Part shown: positions 12,805-25,041 of the stretch, one piece after another
How the letters are laid out: each line of letters starts with the position of its first letter
Numbering within the stretch: the stretch's first letter is position 1
NCBI RefSeq assembly: GCF_964355755.1
Contig: NC_092674.1
Coordinates: 16,368,001 to 16,432,000 of the forward strand
DNA length: 64,000 bases
Direction: 5' to 3'
From: Antedon mediterranea
Taxonomy: Eukaryota; Animalia; Echinodermata
The notes under the pieces: generated by a model
What the model was told of the DNA's origin: nothing
Seen by the model: the letters and a program-made list of their open reading frames with translations, nothing else
Database searches by the model: none
Program-made: the position numbers and the translations under genes

Positions 12805-13700
12805 TGGCGCTAGTTCCGTTTCGCACCTGTCGTTTATTTCAACTCAAAATTGGTTAAGTAACTTTATCGTGACTACCACACCTTAGAATTAGGCCTCAAA
12901 AATATTTTTACGAAGGAGATCACACAAAAAGTAAAAAATAAATCCTTTAAATTGATGAATTTACAGACGTGTTTCTCGCACATCGGTTCGTGAATTTCGC
13001 ATACTCCATGTTCAATGTTGTTGTTTCTATGGAGCGCCAAAAGAGCAATCATAATAGAGGGCTAAAAACTCAATAAATTGTGTATATTTAATGCATTTAT
13101 TGGTGAAAATTACGTTCAATTTTATCATATTTTGTCAATGTCAATTCAACAAAAATATTACTGTTGATACTGTACATGGTTTTTGCAGGAACTTTTAGGA
13201 ATGAAAATCGACAAATTCATCATCATATTACATGTACTGTAGGGGTATACCTAATCTAAATAATATTCCTCTTAGTCTTAGTCTTACTCTTAGGTCTAGG
13301 GTTGGTTGCTATTTGGAAACAGCAAATTATTAGCAGTAAAATGTTACAGCATTTTTATTGACAAAATATATTAAAATTAAACGTGTATTTCAATTATAAA
13401 TGCATTAAAAGAAGACGCATTCCACTGAGTTTTTAACCATCTATTGTTGTTGCTCTTTTGGCGCTCCATAGAAACAAAAATATTGAACTTCGAGTATGCT
13501 AAATTCGCGAACGGTATGCGAGAAACATGTCTGTAAAATCATCAATTTAAGGATTTATTAGTTACTTTTTATGTGATTCTTCTTCATAAAAGTACTTATG
13601 AGGCCCAATTTTAAGGTGTGGTATTCACAATAAGTTGCTTAACAATTTGGAGTCAAAAGGAAGTCGAAATAAAAACAGGTGCGAAACGGAACTAGTGCCG
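12805..13700. mobile_element. Foldback non-autonomous DNA element with long imperfect arms
   Basis: GGCGCTAGTTCCGTTTCGCACCTG ... CAGGTGCGAAACGGAACTAGTGCC; arms inverted over ~330 bp; TTACTA on both flanks. Confidence 0.85.
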
Positions 13701-14019
13701 TTACTATTAGAAGGGGCTTACTATTACTATTAGTGTGGGTTACTATTAGAAGATTTACGATATAGTCTAGGACCTGGGTCAGATTTGTATGCATTTAATT
13801 TAGAAGAGAATAATTTGACCCCAACGAACAACATGGAATGTGTGCCAAATTCGCTATCCGGGACGAACATGCCCAAAATCGGGGTCAAAGGTTAAAAATG
13901 TGTGGTTCTTATATCTCGACAACCACTTGTCGTACAGATTTGCTTTTGGTGTCAAATTGGTCAAAATATACATATTTATATTCGGTCTAACACGAAACAG
14001 CGAAAAAATGACCGGAAAT

Positions 14020-16240
14020 GCTTTTACTGACCTTTGACCCAAAAATGACCAAAAAACACATTTTCAGGTTAAATTATTCTTTAAAATGTCAATGGACAAA
14101 CTGTATGGTATCAAATGAAAGCATACACAATATGCTACCCATTGCTACCCAACTTGTATTGAAAATTTTTAATTATGAAGCTAATTGTATGGAAAATGTG
14201 CATATTTTGATTATTTTTATACAAAAAATGAATATTTGGTAGCGTAATTGATAATTATGTTTATTTATATAATATTTTTGATTATTTTTATACAAAAAAT
14301 GAATATTTGGTAGCGTAATTGTTATGTTTATTTATATAACATTAATAATTTAAGTGTTTGAAAAAAATATTTGGTATCAAATGAAAGCCCATAAAATATT
14401 CTATCCATTGCTACCCAACTTGTATTAAAAATCTGTAATTATGATGCTAATTTTGTTAAAAATGTGCATATTTTATTATTTTTTGACTAAAATGAGTATA
14501 TTAAATAGTGTAAAGTTATTTTGGTTTATTTATAATATTAAATAATTCAAGAGTTCTTTTGGTGTCAAATTGTTTAGAATATACATATTTATATTTGGTC
14601 TAACACAACTTTTATCGAAAAAATGACCGGAACTGCTTTTACTGACCTTTGACCCAAAAATGACCAAAAAACACATTTTCAGGTTAAATTATTCTTTAAA
14701 ATGCCAATGGACAAACTGTATGGTATCAAATGAAAGCATACACAATATGCTACCCATTGCTACCAAACTTGTATTGAACATTTTTAATTATGAAGCTAAT
14801 TGTATGGAAAATGTGCATATTTTGATTATTTTTATACAAAAAATGAATATTTGGTAGCGTAATTGTTATGTTTATTTATATAATATTTTTGATTATTTTT
14901 ATACAAAAAATGAATATTTGGTAGCGTAATTGATTTATGTTTATTTATATAATATTAATAATTTAAGTGTTTGAAAAAAATATTTGGTATCAAATGAAAG
15001 CCCATAAAATATTCTATCCATTGCTACCCAACTTGTATTAAAAATCTGTAATCATGATGCTAATTTTGTTAAAAATGTGCATATTTTATTATTTTTTGAC
15101 TAAAATGAGTATATTAAATAGTGTAAAGTTATTTTGGTTTATTTATAATATTAAATAATTCAAGAGTTCTTTTGGTGTCAAATTGTTTAGAATATACATA
15201 TTTATATTTTGTCTAACACAACTTTTATCGAAAAAATGACCGGAACTGCTTTTACTGACCTTTGACCCAAAAATGACCAAAAAACACATTTTCAGGTTAA
15301 ATTATTCTTTAAAATGCCAATGGACAAACTGTATGGTATCAAATGAAAGCATACACAATATGCTACCCATTGCTACCAAACTTGTATTGAACATTTTTAA
15401 TTATGAAGCTAATTGTATGGAAAATGTGCATATTTTGATTATTTTTATACAAAAAATGAATATTTGGTAGTGTAATTGTTATAGTAATAATAATAATACC
15501 ACATTTATATAGCACCCTTTTCATGAGTAATCATGCTCAAAGGCGCTTTACAAGCATTATTACCCCAGTATTTTTTGGGATCAAACACGTATGGAAACAT
15601 ACTCCCATAATGCAGCCAGTAACCAGCGCAAAGTTGTGTCTAGATCTAACTGGGTACCCATTTATACACCTGGGTTGAGAGAGGCAACGTAAGTAAAGTA
15701 TCTTGCCTACGGATACAAGCAATGCGGCGAGAGTTGGATTTGAACCTAGGTCTGACGATCGGTAGTCCAACGTCCAACACACTGCGCCAGATTCAACACA
15801 CTGCGCCAGTTATAATGTTTATTTATATAATATTAAATAATTAAAGTGTTTGAAAAAACTATTTGGTATCAAATGAAAGCCCATAAAATATTCTATCCAT
15901 TGCTACCCAACTTGTATTAAAAATCTGTAATTATGATGCTAATTTTGTTAAAAATGTGCATATTTTATTATTTTTTTACTAAAATGAGTACAGTATATTA
16001 AATAGTGTAATGTTATTTTGGTTTATTTATAATATTAAATAATTCAAGAGTTCTTTTGGTGTCAAATTGTTTAGAATATAAATATTTATATTTGGTAGCG
16101 TAATTGATAATTATGTTTATTTATATAATATTAAATAATTTAAGTGTTTGGAAAAACTATTTGGTATCAAATGAAAGCCCATAAAATATTCTATCCATTG
16201 ATACCCAATTTTAAATAATTTAAGTGTTTGGAAAATGTGC
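14020..16240. repeat. ~613-bp tandem repeat (about 3 units plus partials) inside the transposon arm
   Basis: Identical spurious ORFs at 14660 and 15273 (period 613) and a near-identical one at 14045. Confidence 0.9.
15484..15808 (-). mobile_element. tRNA-derived SINE with conserved central domain and L2-type tail
   Basis: Box A TGGCGCAGTGTG, box B GGTTCAAATCC, core GGCAAGATACTT...CTCTCAACCCAGGTGTATAAATGGGTACC, tail GTAAAGCGCCTTTGAG...GCTATATAAAT(TAT)n; GTTATA on both sides. Confidence 0.85.
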
Positions 16241-17965
16241 ATATTTTATTGATTTAAAATGTAACATATTGGACAAAGTAACATCCAATATGAATAATAT
16301 TTTTAGTTAAAATTAATGGCATATAGTCTAGGACCTGGGTCAGATTTGTTGGCATTTAATTTAGGAGAAAATATCTCAACTGTTATAGGATTATTTGCTC
16401 TTAACTACCCTCAGCCTAGATATAAAAAATACAACATAATTAATATCTAAAAGTGATAAAACAGTAAAAATTTGTTCAAAATGCTTGGTAAATTTACCAA
16501 GATCTTCCAAACACTTGAATTATTTAATATTATAAATAAACCAAAATAAATTTACACTATTTAATATACTCATTTTTGTAAAAAAATTAAAAAATATGTA
16601 CATTTTTAACAAAATTAGCATCATAATTACCGATTTTTAATACAAGTTGGGTAGCAATGGATAGAATATTATATGGGCTTTCATTTGATACCAAATAGTT
16701 TTTCCAAACACTTAAATTATTTAATATTATATAAATAAACATAACAATTACGCTACCAAATATTCATTTTTTGTATAAAAATAATCAAAATATGCACATT
16801 TTCCATACAATTAGCTTCATAATTAATTTTCAATACAAGTTGGGTAGCAATGGGTAGCATATTGTGTATGCTTTCATTTGATACTATACAGTTTGTCCAT
16901 TGGCATTTTAAAGAATAATTTAACCTGAAAATGTGTTTTTTTATCATTTTTGGGTCAAAGGTCAGTAAAAGCATTTGCGGTCATGTTTTCGCTAAAAGTT
17001 GTGTTAGACCGAATATAAATATTTATATTCTGAACAATTTGACACCAAAAGCAAATCTGTACGACAAGTGGTTGTCGAGATATAAGAACCACATATTTTT
17101 AACCTTTGACCCCGATTTTGGGCATGTTCGTCCCAGATAGCGAATTTGGCACACATTCCATGTTGTTCATTGGGGTCAAATTATCCTATAACAGTTGGGA
17201 TATTCTCTCCTAAATTAAATAGATACAAATCTGACCCAGGTCCTAGACTAATATACAAAAGGCCCACGTGAGTGAAGCCTGTTCACTCAAATGTAGGTCA
17301 AACAACTGTCAACTAAATGAGTAAAAACTATAACAAATTCAGAACTTACGCTCTGGCATCTTAAACAAACAAATGATTATTTGTTCTTTTTTAACTATTT
17401 TCGTCGACTCGCCTCAAACCTAAAACTGTGAGGCCGCACTAACAATTTCGCTCAATGACGAAACACAAGGGAAACAGGGACACGTTTGAATGTGCCAAAT
17501 AGTTGATTTTGTTTCCATTACAAAACAACAAGAAGGCCATATACATGGCTGCCCGTGCTCAAATTTGTTAGTGTTTACCGACCGACCGACCAATCAACCG
17601 ACCGACATAGTGAGCTGTAGAGTCGCGTTGCACGCGACTAAAAATACCAAATATTTATTCATTTGTTTGGGTACCGATGGTGTTCCTTTAATATGGGGTT
17701 CGACTGTAATATAACTTTAAAAAATGTACTGTTTTTCTATTTATTTATTTATACCGTATTTATTCGAAAACGCCCACACTTTGTTGAATAACGCCTCAAG
17801 ACATGCATAATATTGTATTACAACACATCAATTCGTACTAGAATTCATTGAATGATTGACATGATCTTTACCAAGCATTTTGATACAATTTTTACTGTAT
17901 TTTATCACTTCTTGATATTACTTGTGTTGTATTTTTTTTATATCTAATGGGTACTTATTTGATTA

Positions 17966-18904
17966 TATTACATAGCCTATGTAAATACGCGAACGTGATT
18001 GGTTGAAACTGCATCACATGACTTCCGCTGCGAGGATTGTAAATCCTATATATCCTCGAGAACGATGATATTGACGGAGTAATTTTCGCGTAATTATCGT
18101 GTCCCTGTCACTAATCATATAAATTCTCGAGTACGATGATATTGACTGTGTAATTTTCATGTGGCAACACTCGCGTTTGCCGATAAATAAACAAAAGTCA
18201 TCTACTGGGTCTTGAACTCGCGATGAAATTGTCACGCCATCACAAGACAACGCTTCATGCGCTGCGCCACGGAACTTGCTTGACGAAATTAATCATCTAA
18301 ACTATTTAAACTATGCATACATAGCGCCCTCATTTATTTTTAGTCCTCCCTAGATGTGATGAAACACCATTTGTGATTGGTTAATACTCACAGTTGTAAC
18401 CGGTACGCGTGCGACGCACTGAACATCTGGTGATTCGGCTCGAAAGAAGACGAATTATTATTTATTCGGCCTACCTGATAATATTATTATTATTAATGTA
18501 GGCTTATTGATGGAAATTCTTCTGTTATTATTTAAACGACCTAGGCTAGTGAATATTTTATTGTAAAGGAATCATTAATTAGTAATTATCTGTATATTAT
18601 TGTTCGAAAGGTAAGGTGTCTGGGCAGCTTGTTTACATACAATACAAAAAGGAGGCCTAGCCTAGCTACCCGACCCAGCAGATATTCTACTTGTTGTTGG
18701 CTATGTAATATAACAGATATCGCCTTTTATATCGGTAAAATATAAGATTAGACATCCCCTCGGGAATGATATTAAGTTCTTGGGAATTATATATTTCCCT
18801 CAGCTGGCGCTTCGGGAAATATATATTTCCTCGAACATAATATATCATTCCCTCGGGGATGTCTAATCTTATATTTAACCTCTAAGCAGTCAATATCTGT
18901 ATAA
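17966..18904. mobile_element. Crypton-like non-autonomous element with subterminal long hairpin
   Basis: ~140-bp imperfect palindrome 18738-18876 followed by ...CAATATCTGTATAAT; the same terminus occurs inverted at ~41069-41123. Confidence 0.5.
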
Positions 18905-18907
18905 TAT

Positions 18908-19157
18908 AGTATCACGGTGCGACGTCACAACGATAGAGAGCGCTGCATGGTTGCTAGCCAACCAAATGCGTTCAACGCTACTATGTTGATAAACTGAAAG
19001 ATCTGTAATTCTATCAAATTATGTATCTTAGCTTGATTTTATTAAAAACAACTATTTAGTGATCTTTTGAAATTTTAGTTGTTGTTTTAAAATGACTATT
19101 TCAATAAGCCTATTCCAAACCATTGGTGCACTGTCGTGACTTCAGCACCGTGATACT
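18908..19157. mobile_element. Small MITE
   Basis: AGTATCACGGTGC ... GCACCGTGATACT inverted termini. Confidence 0.6.
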
Positions 19158-19494
19158 CTATACATGTTACCATATATTACACCCCAAAAAAATCAACGCC
19201 TCCCCATAACTCCTCCCTAAAAACCCTCCTGAACAATGAAGGCGTTAATTTGAATAAATACGGTACTTAACTTTTTTATTTCCTGCAGTGAATTTCTGAT
19301 TTATATGAATTAGATCAATAAAAGATGAATGAATGTGGCCTAGTATATTTTAGTACAGTATATTTGAATAATAAAACAGGTAGGTCGTCGTCGTGAAAAT
19401 AATAGCGCTAAAATAAAGCAATTAATGCATCTTTGGCGCTTCATAAAGGTTCGCGCGAATAATCCAAATTCAATATTATTACGTACACGATAGG

Positions 19495-20070
19495 CGCACC
19501 ACCTAGCTAGGCTAGGCCTATCCTTCTTTGTATTATATTAGCCAGCTAGGCTAGGCTACCAAACAATACTCAAACGTACTCAACAACTGAAACGTACATG
19601 GTAAGATTTCATTATCTATATAGGCCTAGGCCTATTAACATTTTAATTTAGCCTGATTTATTCTGTCAACATTTAGGAAATGAAAACAGCCTACCACCTC
19701 TAGGTAGCCTAGTAGGCCTAGGCCTAGGCCTAGCCTTATTAGGTAGGATTCCTAGCTAGGCCTAGCCTGGTATATAGGGCCTGCCCTAGGCCTAGGCCTA
19801 CTAGCTACAGGGAAAATTTTCATTTAAAAATTTTGTTTAGCAATATTGCTAATCAAACTGATTTTTAAGTCGAGAAACATAGTTTTGTATTGTATTTTTT
19901 GCTACACAATTTTCAAAATGTGTAGCAATAAGGTTGTTTTGTATAGCTTTTTGCTACGCTACACTGGCGAAAATGTTCCCTGAGCTAGGCCTACTATACT
20001 AGGGCCTAGGCTAGCTAGCTAGCTAAGGTAGGCTTACCTACCTTATAGGCTTAGGTAATCTTATAGGCTA
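19495..20070. repeat. TAGGCCTA/CTAG-rich low-complexity tract
   Basis: Dense TAGGCCTAGG/GCTAGCTAG motifs; a similar composition resumes at 35771. Confidence 0.7.
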
Positions 20071-20086
20071 GTAGTACTCGGGATGG

Positions 20087-21993
20087 ATGCTAGTCAAGTC
20101 GCCCCATCGCAAAGTCGCCCCATACACAGTCGCCCCATCGCAAAGTCGCCCCAAAACAAAGTCGCCCTGACACGTACACAGTCGCCCCATTGCAAAGTCG
20201 CCCCATCGCAAAGTCGCCCCAACGCAAAGTCGCCCCAACGCAAAGTCGCCCCATCGCAAAGTCGCCACAACACAAAGTCGCCCCATCGCAAAGTCGCCCC
20301 AAAACGTTAAAAAATAGTTTAAAAGTGCGTAAAATGTCGCAATGATACACAAAATAACACGGAACGTGTAGGCATAAAAGGGGAAGCCCCGCCATGTAGT
20401 CTCAGGTCACACGATCGGCACGCTCCCCAATCATCAGAGAGGAAGCCCCCAACTAATCACTCCGCGGTCGCACTAACGTGCTAGCTCTCACCAGAGGGAA
20501 ACCCCCGTAATTACTCCGCCGTTGTCGCACTACAACGCACCATCTGAAGATGGGGAAACCCCGTCGGAGTTTTACGATAATATCAATCGCGTTCGAAATC
20601 GGTGGCGTTTAATTTTGGTCGCGATAAAATGATGTTATACGATCTAGATTATTTTTACTTTGGTCGATGAATATTTATTATTATTAGGCCTATATTAATA
20701 ATTGATTTTTGTTTTTATTTTACACTGAGGTCTATGATGAGAGAAAGATGTGTGCCTTAAAAATTACAATTTGTAAACATAGTTTAAGATTATAGTAAGC
20801 CTATTATTCAGCATAATGTCATTTAACAGTACATAAATTTAAATGTGAAATATTTTATAGGGAACGTAGGCTACGTCTGTGTCTTTTATTTTTTATATGC
20901 AACAAATTAGGTAAAACAATTTATTTATAAACATTCAGTTTACTATTATATACATAGTATTACAATGAACATTGATTATATGGGATCCAGTCAAGTCGCC
21001 CCATCGCAAAGTCGCCCCATACAAAGTCGCCCAATACAAAGTCGCCCCATCGCAAAGTCGCCCCAAAACAAAGTCGCCCCGGCACAGTCGCCCCATCTCA
21101 AAGTCGCCCTATTACAAAGTCGCCCCATCGCAAATTCGCCCCATCGCAAAGTCGCCCCAACGCAAAGTCGCCCCATCGCAAAGTCGCCCCAACGCAAAGT
21201 CGCCCCATCGCAAAGTCGCCCAAAAAGATTATCCCTGATTTATAGTTTCGAAAATGTTAATTTAATATGATTTTAAAATTAGTTACCAGAGCCACAATTA
21301 CAATTTCTTCAACCTACGCGATACCAGCTCATTTTTTAGGATAATATAAATTAATAAATGTATAAATGTGTAGAATAAAAACAAAAATCAATTATTAATA
21401 TAGGCCTAATAATAATAATAAATATTCATCGACCAAAGTAAAAATATAGATCGTATAACATCATTTTATCGCGACCGATTTCGAACGCGACTGATATCAT
21501 CGTAAAACTCCGGCGGGGTTTCCCCATCTTCAGATAGTGCGTTGTAGAGTGCGACAACGGCAACGGCGGAGTAATTACGGGGGTTTCCCTCTGGTAGCAC
21601 GTTCGTGCGACCGCGGAGTGCGACCGAGTGATTAGTCGGGGGCTTCCTCTCTGATATGGGGGTGCGTGCCGATCGTGTGACCCGAGACTACATGGCGGGG
21701 CTTCCCCTTTTATGCCTACACGTTCTGTGTTATTTTGTGTATCATTGCAACATTTTACGCACTTGTAAACTATTTTTTAACATTTTGGGGCGACTTTGCG
21801 ATAGGGCGACTTTGTGATGGGGCGACTTTGCGATGGAGCGACTTTGCGTTGGGTCGACTTTGCGATGGGGCGACTTTGCGATAGGGCGACTGTGTCGGGG
21901 CGACTTTGTTTTGGGGCGACTTTGCGATGGGGCGACTGTGTAAGGGGCGACTTTGTATGGGGCGACTTTGCGATGGGGCGACTTGACTAGCAT
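20087..21993. mobile_element. Foldback element with ~630-bp arms and 16-bp subterminal repeats (AAAGTCGCCCCATCGC)n
   Basis: ATGCTAGTCAAGTCGCCCCAT ... ATGGGGCGACTTGACTAGCAT; arrays at 20095-20300 (+) and 21787-21982 (-); related termini at 20981-21222 and 22519-22660. Confidence 0.85.
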
Positions 21994-22845
21994 AAGCCTG
22001 GAAATGCAATCCCATCATTATATCCATTATAAAATTGCATCATATCGCCACTATATGTCGTAAATGATGACGTGCATGTGTGTATTTGTCGTACGTCCGT
22101 GTACGTATTATTCCGTGCCTCTTCACTGTCTTGTTTATTAAAATTAAATAAACACCCGATATGAGGATATTTATTAGGCATGATAATTAGAATGTTCTAT
22201 AACCAAAAGGGTTGAAAAGAATTTCTTCAGTAAAATGATCATTCTGCTGTTGAATAAAAAGCGACTCGCAATCTGAAACATTCTCTGAAACCAATCGGAG
22301 CTGCTCCTTCTGGTATGTGTTTCCTTCTCACAGCTGCTACGTCTTTCTGCTGCCCGTCGGGGATTCCCCTTTTTAAAAAACACGCACACGATAATCATAC
22401 TGTACGATGGTTTTTCCATGGTCAAAATGTAGCGTTTTAATTTTACTAAAATACCTGCATGTGTAAAACGATCATATCGGCGAAGAAATCCCCCTTTTTT
22501 TATTTCTTCATTTTGAATGGGGATCCAGTCAAGTCACCCCATTGCAGAGTTGCCCAATACAAAGTCGCCCCATCGCAAAGCAAAGTCGCCCCAAAACAAA
22601 GTCACCGGCACAGTTGCCCCATCACACAGACAGTTGGCCCATCGCAAAGCCGCCCACAGTTTTATTTCGGTATGAAGCGCCGCCGCTAGTAGTATCGTTC
22701 TTGTTTGTTGACGTTGTCGTTGGTAGGTTAGTTCATGGGTTTTTCTTTGTTGACGCAGAGGTTTTTTCAAATAATTTTTCCAATCGTTGTCCACCAATGA
22801 GTGACTTATTTTAAACATCATGATTAACTGCGTGATAGTATGTCT

Positions 22846-23961
22846 CTGACCAAAAATCTTTCTGCAGTCCTCCTCTTTGTAGATTTCGCAAAAGCCTTCG
22901 ATTCTGTCCATCGTGAAAAGATGCGTGAAATTCTTCTCGTCTACAAAATTCCACTTGAGATTGTCAATGCCATAATGATGCTGTACAAAATCTCAAGTGC
23001 CCTGGTTCGTTCTCCAGATGGTGATACTGATCCGTTTCAGGTAAAAGCAGGCGTCCTTCAAGGAGATACTCTCGCTCCCTACATCTTCATCATATGTCTT
23101 GATTATGTTCTCCGCTCGGCTATTGATCCACTCAACAAACACGGCTTAACATTGAAGCCAAGAATCAGTAAGAGGTTCCCTGCGACATTGGTAACTGACG
23201 CTGATTATGCTGACGATATAGCCCTGTTGTCGAACACGATTGCTGGAGCAAAATCCCTCCTACACACCCTTGAAAATGCTGCATCCTCAATCGGCCTCCA
23301 CATAAATGCCAAAAAGACAGAAAGTATGAACGTAAACTGTCAAGGTCAAATTCAAACTAGCTCCGGATACGCTCTCAATCAAGTCGACCAGTTCACCTAT
23401 CTTGGCAGCAACATTGCCTCAACAAAAAAAGACGTAGATATACGTATCAGCAAAGCCTGGTCAGCTCTCAAACGCCTGACTGTCATATGGAAGTCCAACA
23501 TCTCAAACAACATGAAGAAAAATTTCTTTAAGACCACAGTCGAGTCTGTCCTTTTCTACGGGTCATCGACATAGACCCTAACTAAGAAACTTGAAAACAC
23601 TCTAAACGGAACATATACTAGGATGCTACGAGCCGTTCTTAACGTTTCGTGGCAAGAGCACCTCTCGAACGCTCAGCTATATGGGAATCTTCGCAAGATC
23701 ACCGATGTTATCAAAGAAAGAAGAGTCCGCTTTGTTGGACACTCTTTCCGCAACAAAAGTGAACTGATAAGCGAACTTATGCTCTGGATGCCATCACATG
23801 GGACAAGAAGACCAGGCAGGCCCCCAAAATCATTCATTGACCAACTAGTTGCGGACTCCGGCCATACAATTGAAGAGCTACCAGGAGCAATGATGAACAG
23901 AGACGGCTGGAAAGAAGTAGTCAAAAGGATCCGAGCAAGCTCGACGCAGTAGTAGTAATAG
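22846..23961 (+). mobile_element. 5'-truncated RTE-clade LINE with (TAG)n tail and 10-bp TSD TAGTATGTCT
   Basis: FVDFAKAFDSVHR, GVLQGDTLAPYIF, DYADDIAL, RVRFVGHSFR, RRPGRP; single in-frame stop at 23572; TSD at 22836-22845 and 23962-23971. Confidence 0.92.
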
Positions 23962-24218
23962 TAGTATGTCTTGGCTCAAGACTTTGCCATTCAAGTTCAT
24001 GTAGTATCTACATCTCTGATGTACATGAATTAAAGTTCCTTCGGATGACCCAGCTATTTGTGACATTTTGAATACGATTATTCCATTTGAGATTTGTGCT
24101 GAATGTACTGAATATAATTGCCACATAATTTGTATGTGGCTCTATTAGGATAATTGTTTCTTTGAAAAGTGCATTATGTGGCACTTATCAGTGTTTATTA
24201 AAAGCCATCTGCCATTAA

Positions 24219-25041
24219 GCCATTCACTACGTATACCCGGTACTACCGGGTATAAACAGACGTCGTTGAAATACGTATACACGGTAATACCAGGTATAGG
24301 CAAAACAATGATTTAATCGTATTTGCCTATAATATATAGCACCCTCTATTATATCTATCATTAAACATTTTTTCCAGCAAAAAAACTGTCCTCTATAGTT
24401 GTATTATCGTCTTGAAAATAATGCGCCCTCTATAGTTAATTAATTAATTATATAGTATAGCATATAATAGTATTTCTACTTTGAAAAGTTGTTTTGAGTA
24501 GCGTAATGGCGGCCATTTTGAAAGTAACAAAAATTTACCAGCCCCAATAGGGCAACATCGTGTTTATCACAACGCGCAAAAAAAAAATTCTGAAACAATA
24601 GTTAGTTTTTGTACTATAGTGAATTTTTGGAAACTCATTATTTTCACGATTTTGCCCCAAAACTTTGATTTGTGCATAATTTTTAAAAAACAATAAAATT
24701 AATTCAATTTTTTAAAATATTTTTATTTGTTATACGTATCTTCATCAATATCCATTTGGAAAAAATGTATTCCATAAGAATTTCTTATAGAAAATATAGT
24801 TTTTATCATTGATTCGATAAAAAACACGAAATCCACAATACCACATGACGTCATCAATATGCAAATTACTTTTTTTTTTATACCTAACTGGAGACTAACC
24901 CTTTGCCCATCACACACCACAAAAATAATTACACAATTATCTCAATTAGTATTTTTTTGCAATTTATTAAAATATCATGTTCTTCTTAAATATATATTAC
25001 GCACAGAGGTGAGAATAATGAAAATGAAATGAGTGAAAGGG
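24219..25041. mobile_element. piggyBac-like MITE with TTAA TSD
   Basis: TTAA|GCCATTCACT ... AGTGAAAGGG|TTAA; splits the CR1 RT between QNDL and WQMAFN. Confidence 0.7.

Larger units (their letters stand above)
13763..17250. mobile_element. Long-TIR element with TAG termini and 3-bp ATA TSD (Academ-like), with an internal 613-bp tandem array
   Basis: ATA|TAGTCTAGGACCTGGGTCAGATTTGT ... ACAAATCTGACCCAGGTCCTAGACTA|ATA; a third terminus at 16324. Confidence 0.7.
17754..19263. mobile_element. Tc1/mariner(pogo)-like MITE with TA TSD, containing nested insertions
   Basis: TA|CCGTATTTATTCGAA..AACGCC ... GGCGTTAATTTGAATAAATACGG|TA; related remnants at ~1375-1480 and ~52320-52405. Confidence 0.7.

Noticed and set aside
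15700-15808. tRNA gene
   Set aside because: Box A/B are present, but it continues into a SINE core and LINE-type tail, so it is a SINE head
14018-17140. Repeated 65-74 aa ORFs MTKKHIFRLNY...
   Set aside because: Chance ORFs in the 613-bp repeat and its inverted arm, with no protein-like features
20068-22027. Many overlapping ORFs (GRLCDGATLRWGDF / KSPHRKVAPSQSRP) and a CRISPR-like look
   Set aside because: They are translations of a 16-bp tandem repeat in transposon arms; there are no unique spacers or cas genes, and the context is eukaryotic
22534-22911. 125-aa ORF as a novel fusion protein
   Set aside because: It spans an antisense RTE end, a CR1 fragment and a repeat array; a chance junction
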